A stretch of DNA of 64,000 nt. Source: Planctomycetales bacterium. Lineage in GTDB: Bacteria; 4484-113. The stretch's first letter is position 1; each line of letters begins with the position of its first letter. Positions 20,029 through 29,701 of the stretch are shown here, piece by piece. Location of the stretch: the NCBI GenBank assembly GCA_037441675.1, contig JBBIRS010000002.1:105110-169109 (forward strand), in the 5' to 3' direction. The notes under the pieces are model-generated. The model had not been told where the DNA came from. It did no database searches and saw only the letters and a list, made by a program, of their open reading frames with translations. Both the position numbers and the translations under genes were made by a program.

Positions 20029-21513
20029 TTATAGATTTAACAAGTATTTTAACTTTTCTTCAACCATAATGGGATTTGCTCTACCACCTGTCTCTTTCAT
20101 CACTGCTCCTACCAATACTTTTAGGGCTTGTACTTTACCTCTTCTTATATCATTAACCGCCTTGCTATTCTCCTCAATTACTTTACCGCAAATTCTTGTC
20201 ATCTCTTCATCATCAAGGGTTTTCCCAAACCCTAGTTCTTCAATTGCCTCTTGGACGCTTTTCCCGCTCTTAGCGCACAATGCGAGAACCTTCCTGGCTT
20301 GGGCGGTAGTAACCGCCCCCTGCTTCTTGATTTGGATTAATTCTGCAATTATGTTTGGTGAGAGCCGAACATCCAAAGTTTCCGAAAGTGGCTTATACTC
20401 TTGAAGAAGCCAAATGATTGTCTCCTTTAAGTCTCTAGTTATCTGGTAAACCTCAGAAAGAAGCTCGAGATATTCCGGATTTAATGCGAAAAGTTTCGCA
20501 TCCGAGGTTGAAAGGAATAGTGTGGATACTAGAAATTCCATTTGGCGCGCAGTGCCTGCAGGGAAAATCAGTTCTCTTCCATCCCAGTTGAGTTTGCGCT
20601 GGTATTTTTCTGCTTCTCTCCGTGCCATCTCAATTTGTTCATCTGTTATCACAAGTGGGGGCAGATCTGGTTCATCAAAGTAACGATAATCCGCTTGAGT
20701 CTCCTTCATTCTCATGGGAACTGTCTTCTGCAAGTGTTCATCCCAGCGCATTGTTTCTCTCTCCACCTTTTCTCCGCTTTCCCACACTTCCGTTTGCCTT
20801 TGAATTTCATACTCTAAAGCCTTGATCAAAGTCCCGAAAGAATTTAGATTCTTGATTTCCGTCTTAGTTAGAAGCTTTGTTGAACCTAAAGGACGAACGC
20901 TAATATTAGGTTCACAGCGGAAGTTTCCCTCCTCCATGTTAGCCTCTGAAATTTCGAGTTCACGCAGAATAAAACGAAGCTCCTCCAAGAAGGCGACAAC
21001 TTCCCTTGGCGAAGTGAAAACTGGCTCTGTTACAATTTCTAAGAGAGGAATTCCAGCTCGGTTGAAGTCTAGAAAGTTGGTTCCATCTTCAAGGTAGAAA
21101 ATCTTTGCGGTATCTTCCTCTAGATGAGCTCTTTCCAAAGGCGCTTTCTTCAGTTGCCCTTCATAAAAATATTCAACCTCGCCACCGGTAAGCAAAGGCG
21201 TGTGATATTGAGTTATTTGGTATCCTTTAGGCAAATCAGGATAAAAGTAATTCTTACGTGCAAAGATGGAACGCTTAGCGATATTGCAGTTAAGTCGGAT
21301 ACCTAGAAGAAGCGTATTTCGCACACTCTCAGAGTTAAGAACTGGAAGCACCCCTGGATGTCCAAGGCATATGGGGCATGTAAATTTATTAGCATCAGAT
21401 ATTTCGCGAGTATTAACAGCTGGACATGAGCAGAACTGTTTTCTTTTGGATTGAATCTGGACGTGAATTTCTACTCCAATTACAGCCTGATAACCTCTCA
21501 TATCAATACTCAA
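20029..21513 (-). CDS. gatB: Asp/Glu-tRNA amidotransferase subunit B
   Basis: 494 aa. Typical GatB N-terminus (IGVEIHVQI, CPICLGHPGVLP) and a YqeY-like tail. Confidence 0.95.
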   Translation of the reverse strand: MSIDMRGYQAVIGVEIHVQIQSKRKQFCSCPAVNTREISDANKFTCPICLGHPGVLPVLNSESVRNTLLLGIRLNCNIAKRSIFARKNYFYPDLPKGYQITQYHTPLLTGGEVEYFYEGQLKKAPLERAHLEEDTAKIFYLEDGTNFLDFNRAGIPLLEIVTEPVFTSPREVVAFLEELRFILRELEISEANMEEGNFRCEPNISVRPLGSTKLLTKTEIKNLNSFGTLIKALEYEIQRQTEVWESGEKVERETMRWDEHLQKTVPMRMKETQADYRYFDEPDLPPLVITDEQIEMARREAEKYQRKLNWDGRELIFPAGTARQMEFLVSTLFLSTSDAKLFALNPEYLELLSEVYQITRDLKETIIWLLQEYKPLSETLDVRLSPNIIAELIQIKKQGAVTTAQARKVLALCAKSGKSVQEAIEELGFGKTLDDEEMTRICGKVIEENSKAVNDIRRGKVQALKVLVGAVMKETGGRANPIMVEEKLKYLLNL

Positions 21514-23008
21514 AATTATTTAGTGCCTCTTCTACCATTGGGGGAACCCTGAACCTTAAGCTTGCAGAGACTTCATAAGCCCTCGCAAAGGCAAGAAGCC
21601 TCGCATCCTCTCCTCTTCTACCCATAAACTGGATGCCGACGGGTAAAGCCTCTTTGTTAAGCCACCCGGGAACTGAAATAGAAGGAATATTGGCAAGATT
21701 AGCTAAAACCACACACACATCGCTTGCCCACATTTTTACGGGGTCGTCAAGTTTTTCACCGAGCTTAAACGCGGGGGTTGGGGATGTGGGAGCAAAGAGA
21801 AAATCCACCTCACCAAAAATTTCATCAATAGAATCCACTATTATCTTTCTTAATTGACGTGCCTGATTGTAATACTTTTCCGCATAGCCAGCGGACAAAA
21901 CGTAAGTTCCTAACAGAATTCGGCGTTTCACCTCTTGCCCAAAACCAACTCCTCTCACTTCATAGTACTGCTCCTTCAGGTTCCTCCTTGGAGCTTCATC
22001 CACCCCTAAACCATAACGAATACCATCGTAGCGAGCCAAGTTTGAAGATGCTTCAGCGCTAGTGAGAATGTAGTAACAGGGTAGAAGATAATCAATGAAA
22101 GGAAGTTCCACCGATACAATTTCAACACCTGCACCAGCGAGTATCCTCAAGCTCTCCTCGCAAAGCTCAAGAACCTCAGCATCAATTACCTGCTCATTCA
22201 TTAGCCCCGAAATTACACCAAGCCTTAAGCCTTCTGTATTAGTGTTACCCTCAATGAAGCAGACGAAATCAATATCGCCAGTCGCAATGCAGGTAGCATC
22301 CAGTGGGTCAGGTTTGGATAAAGTGTTCATAGCATAGGCTATATCTAAGACGTCTCTTGTGAAGATACCTACCTGGTCAAGGCTACTGGCGTAGGCTATC
22401 AGCCCGAAACGAGAAAGCATTCCGTAGGTGGGTCTAAAACCAAAAACACCGCAGAAAGAAGCCGGTTGGCGAACACTGCCTCCAGTGTCAGTGCCAAGTC
22501 CAACAAAAGCTTGAAGTGCTGCGACTGATGACGCTCCGCCACCAGAGGACCCCCCGGGAACGCGAGTAGTATCCCATGGATTAAGGGTAGGGTAATATCC
22601 ACTATTCTCGGTAGAGCTTCCCATTGCAAACTCGTCAAGGTTCGTCTTCCCCACAATAAAGTTATTAGTCTCCTTTAGAATTGAGACTACGGTCGCATCG
22701 TATGGAGGCAGATAGCCTTCTAATATCTTGCTCCCAGCGGTAGTTGTGAAATCCTTCGTTGCGAGAATATCTTTAACCGATACTGGAACTGATGAAAGAA
22801 GATTATCCGCATTCTTATATGGCACTTTACCTACTTCTTCATCTACTACTGATCGAAGAGATAGAAAACTATTAATTCTTGGCTCTATTTTTCGCGCAAA
22901 AGCCAGCTGAAGTTCAAACAGTTCAAAGGGAGTTAACTCGCTACGCGCGTATAATTTCATCAACTCATGCGCAGTTAAAGAAAGCATATGCTTCATCAGC
23001 AGCACCAA
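21503..23008 (-). CDS. gatA: Asp/Glu-tRNA amidotransferase subunit A
   Basis: Amidase signature GGSSGGGASSVAA. The track start is TTG; an ATG four codons in (about 22996) may be the real start. Confidence 0.93.
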   Translation of the reverse strand: MVLLMKHMLSLTAHELMKLYARSELTPFELFELQLAFARKIEPRINSFLSLRSVVDEEVGKVPYKNADNLLSSVPVSVKDILATKDFTTTAGSKILEGYLPPYDATVVSILKETNNFIVGKTNLDEFAMGSSTENSGYYPTLNPWDTTRVPGGSSGGGASSVAALQAFVGLGTDTGGSVRQPASFCGVFGFRPTYGMLSRFGLIAYASSLDQVGIFTRDVLDIAYAMNTLSKPDPLDATCIATGDIDFVCFIEGNTNTEGLRLGVISGLMNEQVIDAEVLELCEESLRILAGAGVEIVSVELPFIDYLLPCYYILTSAEASSNLARYDGIRYGLGVDEAPRRNLKEQYYEVRGVGFGQEVKRRILLGTYVLSAGYAEKYYNQARQLRKIIVDSIDEIFGEVDFLFAPTSPTPAFKLGEKLDDPVKMWASDVCVVLANLANIPSISVPGWLNKEALPVGIQFMGRRGEDARLLAFARAYEVSASLRFRVPPMVEEALNNFEY

Positions 23009-23011
23009 TAT

Positions 23012-23278
23012 TTACTGTTCAAATAGCTTTCCTATACGATAATCGTGTCTAAAGTTAATTGGAAATTGAAATTCAATTGGGACATCTTCGCTAGTATGTT
23101 GGGATTCTTTACTAACAAGGGGAAGAATCTTCTGCGATGGCAGATTCAAGGATTTCACTTTTTCCACGAAATCCAATATCCTGGAAAAAGCGTGAGCGAA
23201 TTGCTCCCTCTCCTCTTCTAAAAGAGATACTCTTGATAAAGCGCACAGCGTATCTAGAAGTTCAGAAATATCATTCAT
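23012..23278 (-). CDS. gatC: Asp/Glu-tRNA amidotransferase subunit C
   Basis: 88 aa, immediately upstream of gatA, with a GatC-like helical sequence. Confidence 0.8.
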   Translation of the reverse strand: MNDISELLDTLCALSRVSLLEEEREQFAHAFSRILDFVEKVKSLNLPSQKILPLVSKESQHTSEDVPIEFQFPINFRHDYRIGKLFEQ

Positions 23279-23427
23279 ACAACCTACTGGATTATACCAG
23301 TAGAAAGGTTATTGTGGGAAAAAGTTGGGATTAAAGGAAGAGCTAAAATTTACGAAAGGGGCTCTCAGGTTTGGAATTGAGTTATTTCGGCAAAATTTAT
23401 AGATAGCAACTTCTTAACTGCGTTTAT

Positions 23428-23757
23428 CTAAAGCGTTTGCTCTAGGACAACCTGGCCACCTGGGTCCATTGTAACTTCCTGCTCCTTTCCTTCAAACGGC
23501 TTGTCATCCCGATCCAGGTACATCACGGTGTAGGTTCCAGGTGGTATAACGTTTCTAGTATACCAAGTTCCATCAATATCACTAGTTCCTTCCCAAACTA
23601 CTTTACCCTTCTTGTCTATAACCTTAATTCTTACGGATGCCCATCTCCCTGAAGCGTAACTTACCCTGCCGGTTATCTCACCTGGAGCTTGCTCGCAGGA
23701 GATAAGGAGCATTAATCCAAGCGATAAGAAGAACCATAGATAATGTCTTTGAAACAT
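23428..23757 (-). CDS. Small lipoprotein with carboxypeptidase-regulatory-like beta-sandwich
   Basis: Lipobox LLISC. GRVSY...IKVIDKKGKVVWEGTSDIDGTWY...PPGTYTV resembles a CarboxypepD_reg domain. Confidence 0.55.
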   Translation of the reverse strand: MFQRHYLWFFLSLGLMLLISCEQAPGEITGRVSYASGRWASVRIKVIDKKGKVVWEGTSDIDGTWYTRNVIPPGTYTVMYLDRDDKPFEGKEQEVTMDPGGQVVLEQTL

Positions 23758-23781
23758 CTCATTAAACTCCTTATTGCAATG

Positions 23782-24945
23782 TTAGAGCTTCTTCAAAAAT
23801 TCTTTTATTCTCCTAAGTGCCTCATTGATATTGTCACGATTATTAGCGTAAGAAAATCTTAAATAGCCTTCCCCCATTTTACCAAAAGAAGTTCCAGCAA
23901 GACAGGCTACTCCACCTTCATGCAAGAGGCGGTCTGAGAGAACGCTTGATTCTAAGCCAAAGGATGAGAAATTTGGAAATACGTAAAACGCGCCTTTAGG
24001 CATCTTGCAGGTGACGCCATCAATTTCGTTCAACCCTTCCACTATCAAGTTTCGCCTAGCCTTAAATTCTTCAACCATTTTGTCTACCTCAGATTGGTCA
24101 CCCAATAGCGCCTCCGCACCAGCAATCTGGGTAAATGCAGCAGTGCAGGAATTAGAGTTATTCATTAGCTTAGTCAAATACCCTGCAAGCTTTTCATTAC
24201 AACAAGCAAAACCGAGCCTCCAACCGGTCATGGCGTAAGTCTTCGAATGTCCATCTAACAAAATTATCCTGTCAAAATGCTCGGGGAAATTCATCACGCT
24301 GATATGCTCGCCTTCGTAAATAATCCTTGAGTACACCTCATCACTTAAAATCCAGCAGTTATGTTCCTCCGCCACCTCCATTACAACCTGCATATCCTCT
24401 AAGGTCATTACACCACCTGTTGGATTTTGAGGAGTGTTTAGAATGATAAGCTTAGTTTTTCCCCCTACAAGGCTTTTGAACTCATCAGGATCAAACCTGA
24501 AATCATTTTCTTCCCTTAGAACATAAGGAACAGCTTTTGCCCCAAGAAAGCTCACAACTGATGAGTAAATTGGATAACCAGGATCGGGATATACAACCTC
24601 ATCACCTTCCTCAATCACCGCCAGAGCAGATAGGAAAAGCACCGGCTTAGCACCGGGAGTGATAACAATGTTTTTATAGGATACATTAGAACCATACCGT
24701 TTATTTAAGGCGATGGCATACTTCTCGCGCATCTCGTATAAACCTGCAGATGGCGTATAGTGAGTTTTGCCTTCGTTTAGGGCTTTAATAGCTTCAGATG
24801 TAATATTCCTAGGCGTATCAAAGTCTGGCTCGCCTATCTCTAAGTGGATTATCTTCATGTTTTTTTCAGCCTCTAACTGATTAGCCTTTGCAAGGACCTC
24901 AAATGCGGTCTCTTGTCCTAAGCGCTCAAGCCTTCTTGCGTACAT
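23782..24945 (-). CDS. Class I/II PLP-dependent aminotransferase (aspartate aminotransferase-like)
   Basis: GEPDFDTP, NPQNPTGGV and SKTYAMTGWRLGF motifs. The track start (GTG at 25062) leaves no promoter space before divergent nnr. Homologs begin near MYARRLERLG, so I call the ATG at 24945. Confidence 0.85.
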   Translation of the reverse strand: MYARRLERLGQETAFEVLAKANQLEAEKNMKIIHLEIGEPDFDTPRNITSEAIKALNEGKTHYTPSAGLYEMREKYAIALNKRYGSNVSYKNIVITPGAKPVLFLSALAVIEEGDEVVYPDPGYPIYSSVVSFLGAKAVPYVLREENDFRFDPDEFKSLVGGKTKLIILNTPQNPTGGVMTLEDMQVVMEVAEEHNCWILSDEVYSRIIYEGEHISVMNFPEHFDRIILLDGHSKTYAMTGWRLGFACCNEKLAGYLTKLMNNSNSCTAAFTQIAGAEALLGDQSEVDKMVEEFKARRNLIVEGLNEIDGVTCKMPKGAFYVFPNFSSFGLESSVLSDRLLHEGGVACLAGTSFGKMGEGYLRFSYANNRDNINEALRRIKEFLKKL

Positions 24946-25063
24946 ATTTTTATCATTGTCCAATTTGGAGCCTCCTGAGAAGAGTAATTGTGCGTATATA
25001 ATATTAGCATACCTTGAATATATTGCCTCAAAAGGGAAAGGTAATTTTGGGAAATAATTCACT

Positions 25064-26764
25064 ATGAGAATTATTAATCCTCTTCCGATCCTTTCAGCGG
25101 ATGATATAAGGCAAGTTGACGCTTATAGCATTGAAAGGTGCAAGATTCCAGGCGTTGAGTTAATGAGAAGAGCTGGTGAAGCAGTCTTTGAAGAGTTTAG
25201 GATGAGGTTTCCCCAAAAAACCACATACTTTATTGTTATATGTGGACTTGGAAATAATGGCGGAGACGGATTTGCCTTTGTCCTGAAATGCTGGAGAGAG
25301 GGTTACAGGAATTTCAAACTCTACGTTGCGTCTGAGGATAGAATGAAGGAACCGTCCATTGACGCGAAATATTACTTGCAAGAACTTGGCAGTATAGGAA
25401 TTTCCCCTTGTGTAATCGACGGCTCAACTGCACTTCCCATTGAGAATTTCTCGGTAAAAGTAGATTCTCTTTTCGGCATAGGGCTTTCCAGAATACTCCC
25501 ACCATACTATAGGGAAGTTATAAATTCGTTCAACGCGTTGCCGGGCTTTGCCATCGCGGTTGATTGTCCGAGCGGTTTGAATAACACCACAGGAGAAGTT
25601 GAGGGGGCATCGGTAAAAGCGGATCTGACCGTCACAATGGGCTATCCAAAGATTGGCTTCTTCAGCAGAGAAGGCTCGGAGTTGGTGGGAGAGCTGGCTG
25701 TCCACGATATTGGGCTGAAGTCGTATCAAGAGGTTGGGATCAAGCCAAACCACTTCTATTTCCCAACTGAGTTCTTTATCAAAAATCCCATCCCGCCAAG
25801 AAAGAGAACCGTGCATAAGGGTGATTTTGGGAAGATACTCGTGTTAGCGGGAAGCAGGGGCTTTTCCGGCGCAGCTAAGATGGTTGCAATTTCTTCGCTA
25901 AGAGCAGGCGCTGGTTTAGTTCGTCTATTCGTGCCATTTGAAATTTATGAGGTGGTTGCCTCTTCACTCACCGAGGTTATGGTTGACTTTTATCTACCCT
26001 TTGGGTTTTCTGAATGCAGTGAAGGTCTTGATAAACTAGAACCGCATATTATTTGGGCAGATGTTCTCGCAGTTGGTTCTGGCTTATCCGAAAGAGTTGA
26101 ACTTCAAGAAACTGCTTATAGTTTGATAAATTCATCATTAAAGCCAGTAATAGCAGATGCGGAGGGCACATTAGTTATGCGCAAGTGGTTGGAAGATGTA
26201 AGAGCGACCAAGCGGTTAGTGCTTCTGACACCTCACTTGGGTGAACTATCAAAACTTTCCAACCTGCCAATTGAAGAAGTCAAGAAAGACCCCAGGAGGG
26301 TAGCTATTGGGCTAGCAAGCTCTCTTTCTTGCTACGTCTTGGCTAAATCCTCTCTGACTTTTCTCGCGACACCGCAAGGCTTCATCCTTTACCCGCCTCA
26401 GGGCAGTCCCGCCCTGGCTAAAGGGGGAAGTGGAGACATCCTCGTGGGCGCTCTTTCCGCTAGAACCGCTATTGCATTAAAAGCTTCAGATACCGGGCAT
26501 TCCCCTTATGATGGAGATTATTTAACGAAGGCCTATTATGATAAATATCCTAGCGAAATTCTCTCTTCGTTAACAGCAACTTCTATGAAAGTTAAAATGC
26601 CAGCCTATACTGAACCGCATTTGGGGTGGATTGAAGGGATTATGCGCGGATATTACCTCTTTGCGGATGCGTCAAGATTTTCAAAAGAGTTCTATAAAGA
26701 TGAAGAGAAAATTCTCGCATCAGAGATTGCTGAAATGATTGATACCGGTAGAGATAGTGATTAA
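25064..26764 (+). CDS. nnr: Bifunctional NAD(P)H-hydrate repair enzyme (epimerase/dehydratase)
   Basis: YjeF_N motif GLGNNGGDGF. C-terminal kinase-fold motifs GKILVLAGSRGFSGAAKM and GGSGDILVGALSA. Has a C-terminal extra region of ~60 aa. Confidence 0.85.
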   Translation: MRIINPLPILSADDIRQVDAYSIERCKIPGVELMRRAGEAVFEEFRMRFPQKTTYFIVICGLGNNGGDGFAFVLKCWREGYRNFKLYVASEDRMKEPSIDAKYYLQELGSIGISPCVIDGSTALPIENFSVKVDSLFGIGLSRILPPYYREVINSFNALPGFAIAVDCPSGLNNTTGEVEGASVKADLTVTMGYPKIGFFSREGSELVGELAVHDIGLKSYQEVGIKPNHFYFPTEFFIKNPIPPRKRTVHKGDFGKILVLAGSRGFSGAAKMVAISSLRAGAGLVRLFVPFEIYEVVASSLTEVMVDFYLPFGFSECSEGLDKLEPHIIWADVLAVGSGLSERVELQETAYSLINSSLKPVIADAEGTLVMRKWLEDVRATKRLVLLTPHLGELSKLSNLPIEEVKKDPRRVAIGLASSLSCYVLAKSSLTFLATPQGFILYPPQGSPALAKGGSGDILVGALSARTAIALKASDTGHSPYDGDYLTKAYYDKYPSEILSSLTATSMKVKMPAYTEPHLGWIEGIMRGYYLFADASRFSKEFYKDEEKILASEIAEMIDTGRDSD

Positions 26765-26818
26765 GACGATAAAGCCTGCTTGGGCTATCGCTTAGAAAAA
26801 TACTCACAAAATAGTAAG

Positions 26819-26924
26819 CCGAGGCGAGAGACACAGCGACGAGGATCCAAACCGCTTAGGGCTGCTACCTTCCGGTCCTGACCCAGTTTGCGGCGGTTCC
26901 ACCCGCTAGTTCTCTCAACCCCGG
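26819..26924 (-). ncRNA. ffs: Signal recognition particle RNA (small 4.5S type)
   Basis: The minus strand reads GGGUCAGGACCGGAAGGUAGCAGCCC, the conserved domain IV motif. 5' CCGGGGUUGAGAG pairs with 3' CUCUCGCCUCGG. It overlaps the spurious ORF 26640..26834. Confidence 0.85.
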
Positions 26925-26986
26925 TAGTATTTAATTTTATCAAATCTTGTTCAATGTTAAATTCAAAATCCGTTTCAAAATAGCGC

Positions 26987-27015
26987 TTGAAATGGATGTT
27001 AGGACTTAGTATAAT
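26987..27015 (+). promoter_or_regulatory. Sigma70-type promoter for tRNA-Phe
   Basis: TTGAAA, 17-nt spacer, TATAAT; ends about 16 nt before the tRNA 5' end. Confidence 0.55.
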
Positions 27016-27031
27016 CGTTGTTGAAGCTAAG

Positions 27032-27104
27032 GGCGGGGTAGCTCAGGTGGTAGAGCAGGGGACTGAAAATCCTCGTGTCGGCGGTTCGACTCCGTCCCCC
27101 GCCA
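27032..27104 (+). tRNA. tRNA-Phe (GAA)
   Basis: Cloverleaf by hand: acceptor GGCGGGG/CCCCGCC, D arm GCTC..GAGC, anticodon loop CTGAAAA, T arm GGCGG-TTCGACT-CCGTC. 73 nt, CCA not encoded. Confidence 0.9.
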
Positions 27105-27163
27105 TGCTTGTTCATGGGGTATCTTTTGTTTTCATTAAATTTTTTTAAGGTGCTTCAAATCAA

Positions 27164-27192
27164 TTGACAAGGTTGAACTCTAGGTGTATAAA
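27164..27192 (+). promoter_or_regulatory. Sigma70-type promoter for the pit operon
   Basis: TTGACA, 17-nt spacer, TATAAA, about 110 nt upstream of the pit ATG. Confidence 0.5.
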
Positions 27193-27300
27193 TCTCGCTT
27201 CAGAATTTTTGAGTCTATGCTTATGGTCAATCAAGTAGCTTGATAGTTGAACTCTTCCCCCCTTGGGAATTAATTTTAGGACAAAAGGGCTAGACAATAG

Positions 27301-28344
27301 ATGTTAACCGTCGTCATAATTGGAGTAATCCTTGCATTCATATTTGATTTCGCCAATGGTTGGAAAGACTCAGCAAATTCCGTCGCTACAATAGTTGCGA
27401 CCCGAGTGCTTAGGCCCCTTTGGGCTGTTGCTTGGGCGGCTATGTTTAACTTCTTTGCAGTGTTTCTACTTGACGTGAAAGTGGCAAGAACAATCGGGAA
27501 GGGAGTAATAGACCCCTCAGCAGTGAATGAAATCGTAATACTAGCAGCCTTTGTCGGAGCGATAATTTGGACGGTCTGGTGTACTTATCTAGGTTTACCT
27601 ATCAGCGTAAGCCACTCGTTAGTCGGTGGGCTTTTAGGGGCAGGGTTAACGCATGGTGGAATTTCTATCATCGGATGGCGAGGTGTAGGAAAGATAGCTC
27701 TATTTATGGTACTCTCACCGATTATAGGAATGGTTCTCGGTTACATCCTCGTTGCAATTGTAAATAGAGTACTATTTAGGGTAAATAGACGGGTAACCGA
27801 AGCATGGTTCAAGAGGTTTCAGCTGATAAGCGCTGCTTTTTATAGTCTTGGTCACGGCACTGCTGATGCACAGAAAACTATGGGGGCGATATCGGTGCTA
27901 CTTTTTACTGCCGGTATGGGTGTGAACCCTGAAGGTAACTGGCTTGTTCAATCAACATTTGATAGCGGAGGGTTTGTTCCCAACTGGGTAGTCTTTGGCT
28001 CACATGCAGTAATTGCGCTAGGCACTCTGATTGGTGGATGGCGTGTGATTAGAACGCTGGGTATTAGGCTTACTCATATTAAACCCAGAGAAGGTTTCTG
28101 TGCGGAGGGCGCGGCTGCAGCTTCTCTTATCTCCACCGCGTATTTGGGCATCCCTGTTTCAACGACCCACACCATCACTGGCGCTATTATGGGGGTTGGT
28201 ATTATGAGACGGCTTAGCGCTGTAAGATGGGGAGTTGCCGCAAACATTGTCGCTGCATGGGTATTAACAATCCCTGCTTCAGCTATTACCGCTGGACTGG
28301 TTTATATTCTATTAAGAACTTTATTCAAATATCTAGGCACCTAG
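27301..28344 (+). CDS. pit: Inorganic phosphate transporter, PiT family
   Basis: 347 aa polytopic protein with duplicated PiT signature regions (FANGWKDSANSVAT and GHGTADAQKTMG). Confidence 0.85.
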   Translation: MLTVVIIGVILAFIFDFANGWKDSANSVATIVATRVLRPLWAVAWAAMFNFFAVFLLDVKVARTIGKGVIDPSAVNEIVILAAFVGAIIWTVWCTYLGLPISVSHSLVGGLLGAGLTHGGISIIGWRGVGKIALFMVLSPIIGMVLGYILVAIVNRVLFRVNRRVTEAWFKRFQLISAAFYSLGHGTADAQKTMGAISVLLFTAGMGVNPEGNWLVQSTFDSGGFVPNWVVFGSHAVIALGTLIGGWRVIRTLGIRLTHIKPREGFCAEGAAAASLISTAYLGIPVSTTHTITGAIMGVGIMRRLSAVRWGVAANIVAAWVLTIPASAITAGLVYILLRTLFKYLGT

Positions 28345-28356
28345 GAGGTTGAAAAT

Positions 28357-28995
28357 ATGAGGCTTAGCCACATTCTTTTCCCCCAGGACAGGAAGTTTTA
28401 TCAATACCTGAACGACGCATCCGCAAATCTAGTAATGACTGCAAAACTCCTTTATGAAGCAGCGGAAAAATTCACTGACCTTGAACGATATGCGAACGAA
28501 ATGAATAAATTGGAGCATGAAGGAGATAGGATAACTGGCGAATTAACCAGACTAATAAATCAGAGTCTTGTAACACCCCTAGACCGGGAAGATATTCATG
28601 ACTTAATTCAAGCTATTGATGACGTTGTGGACATTACAGAAGGAGTGCTTGAAAGAATCGTGCTTTATAAGATTTCCCAAAGACGAAAGGAGTTTCCAAT
28701 CCTCGCATCCGAACTAGTATCAGCCTCCGAGGCGATTGCGGAGGCGGTGGCAATCCTAGATAGACCAAAGCTATACGAAAAAGAGATGCCAAAGTCCTTT
28801 GAAAAGATAATTCAAGCAGAAAAACGAGGAGACAAGGCGTATAGGGCTGGAATTGCTGAAATGTTTAACGGTGCTGGCGAGGATATTATAGGTGCAATAA
28901 AGTGGCGTGAAGTGCTGGAGCATCTGGAAGATGCACTAGACGCTTGCGAGAAGGTTTGCGACATCCTTCAAGGCATCGCCATTAAAGGCGGGTAG
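28357..28995 (+). CDS. DUF47/PhoU-like Pit accessory protein
   Basis: 212-aa all-helical protein (EGDRITGEL, REDIHDLIQAIDDVVD) immediately downstream of pit, the usual pairing. Confidence 0.75.
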   Translation: MRLSHILFPQDRKFYQYLNDASANLVMTAKLLYEAAEKFTDLERYANEMNKLEHEGDRITGELTRLINQSLVTPLDREDIHDLIQAIDDVVDITEGVLERIVLYKISQRRKEFPILASELVSASEAIAEAVAILDRPKLYEKEMPKSFEKIIQAEKRGDKAYRAGIAEMFNGAGEDIIGAIKWREVLEHLEDALDACEKVCDILQGIAIKGG

Positions 28996-29066
28996 GTAGA
29001 GCTTCTCGCCATACTAGGAGCTTAATTCTTTGAAAAGGTTTTAAGCAAATCGCCTGAATCTTATCT

Positions 29067-29516
29067 CTACTCTATGATAACCTCACCTTCTACCTCAACC
29101 CGGGTATTTAGACTAGCTGAAACCAAGCAGTATTTGTGAGCTTTTTCAAGAGCTTCCAACGCTTTTGCGCGCATCTCTTCATTAGGAACTGTTATCTTTG
29201 GCTTTATCCAAACTTTAGCGAAACGATACTTCTCCCCATCGTGTTCAACTAATCCCTCCGCATCCGCTTGATATGCGGAAAAAGCTACGTTCATTCTTTC
29301 CGCAAAGGATTCAAAGGTCATTAGCGTGCATGCAGAAACCGAGGCTAGAAATAAATCTTCGGGACTTATGATACCCGCATAGCCCTTAAATTCAGGCGGA
29401 CTTGCAACAATAAGAGTTGGTTTGTCTTCAGCAAAATCTACTTCGCCTATTCTAAGTGCCTTCTTCGTAATTCTGCATTTGTAGCTAAATGACTTGAAAG
29501 TCTTCTTAATTTCCAT
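29067..29516 (-). CDS. OsmC/Ohr-family peroxiredoxin-like protein
   Basis: Two conserved Cys contexts, PEDLFLASVSACTLMTF and KYCLVSASL; 149 aa. Confidence 0.8.
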   Translation of the reverse strand: MEIKKTFKSFSYKCRITKKALRIGEVDFAEDKPTLIVASPPEFKGYAGIISPEDLFLASVSACTLMTFESFAERMNVAFSAYQADAEGLVEHDGEKYRFAKVWIKPKITVPNEEMRAKALEALEKAHKYCLVSASLNTRVEVEGEVIIE

Positions 29517-29701
29517 AATTAATTCCTGAATTTAGTTAACCCTTAATGTCGGATTATACAGTAAACCTTTCTTCATCTTCCCTCTCATCAGAGCACTTTT
29601 TTTACTATCCAAATAGCTCCAAAATCATTTTATTAGGTTAACTGCTCTATTATGTAATAATAATACTGTTAAGTCTTAATTGAGCAATACGAGGTGATGA
29701 T

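Noticed and set aside
23286-23305. 7-bp hairpin CTACTGG-ATTATA-CCAGTAG just upstream of gatC as a regulatory element
   Set aside because: The stem is short and it contains a TATAAT-like sequence on the coding strand. It is more simply part of the promoter region, and no further support exists.
24946-25062. Track start of the aminotransferase at 25062 (GTG), 1 nt from the divergent nnr ATG
   Set aside because: This start would leave no promoter space. It would also add 39 residues absent from aspartate-aminotransferase-type N-termini. The ATG at 24945 (MYARRLERLG) fits the family.
26640-26834. 64-aa minus-strand ORF after nnr
   Set aside because: It overlaps the nnr 3' end and the SRP RNA gene and has no coding support. 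The locus is explained by ffs.
26765-27300. tRNA-Phe as an integration hotspot or genomic island boundary
   Set aside because: There is no integrase, no direct repeat of the tRNA 3' end, and the flanks are housekeeping (nnr, ffs, pit).
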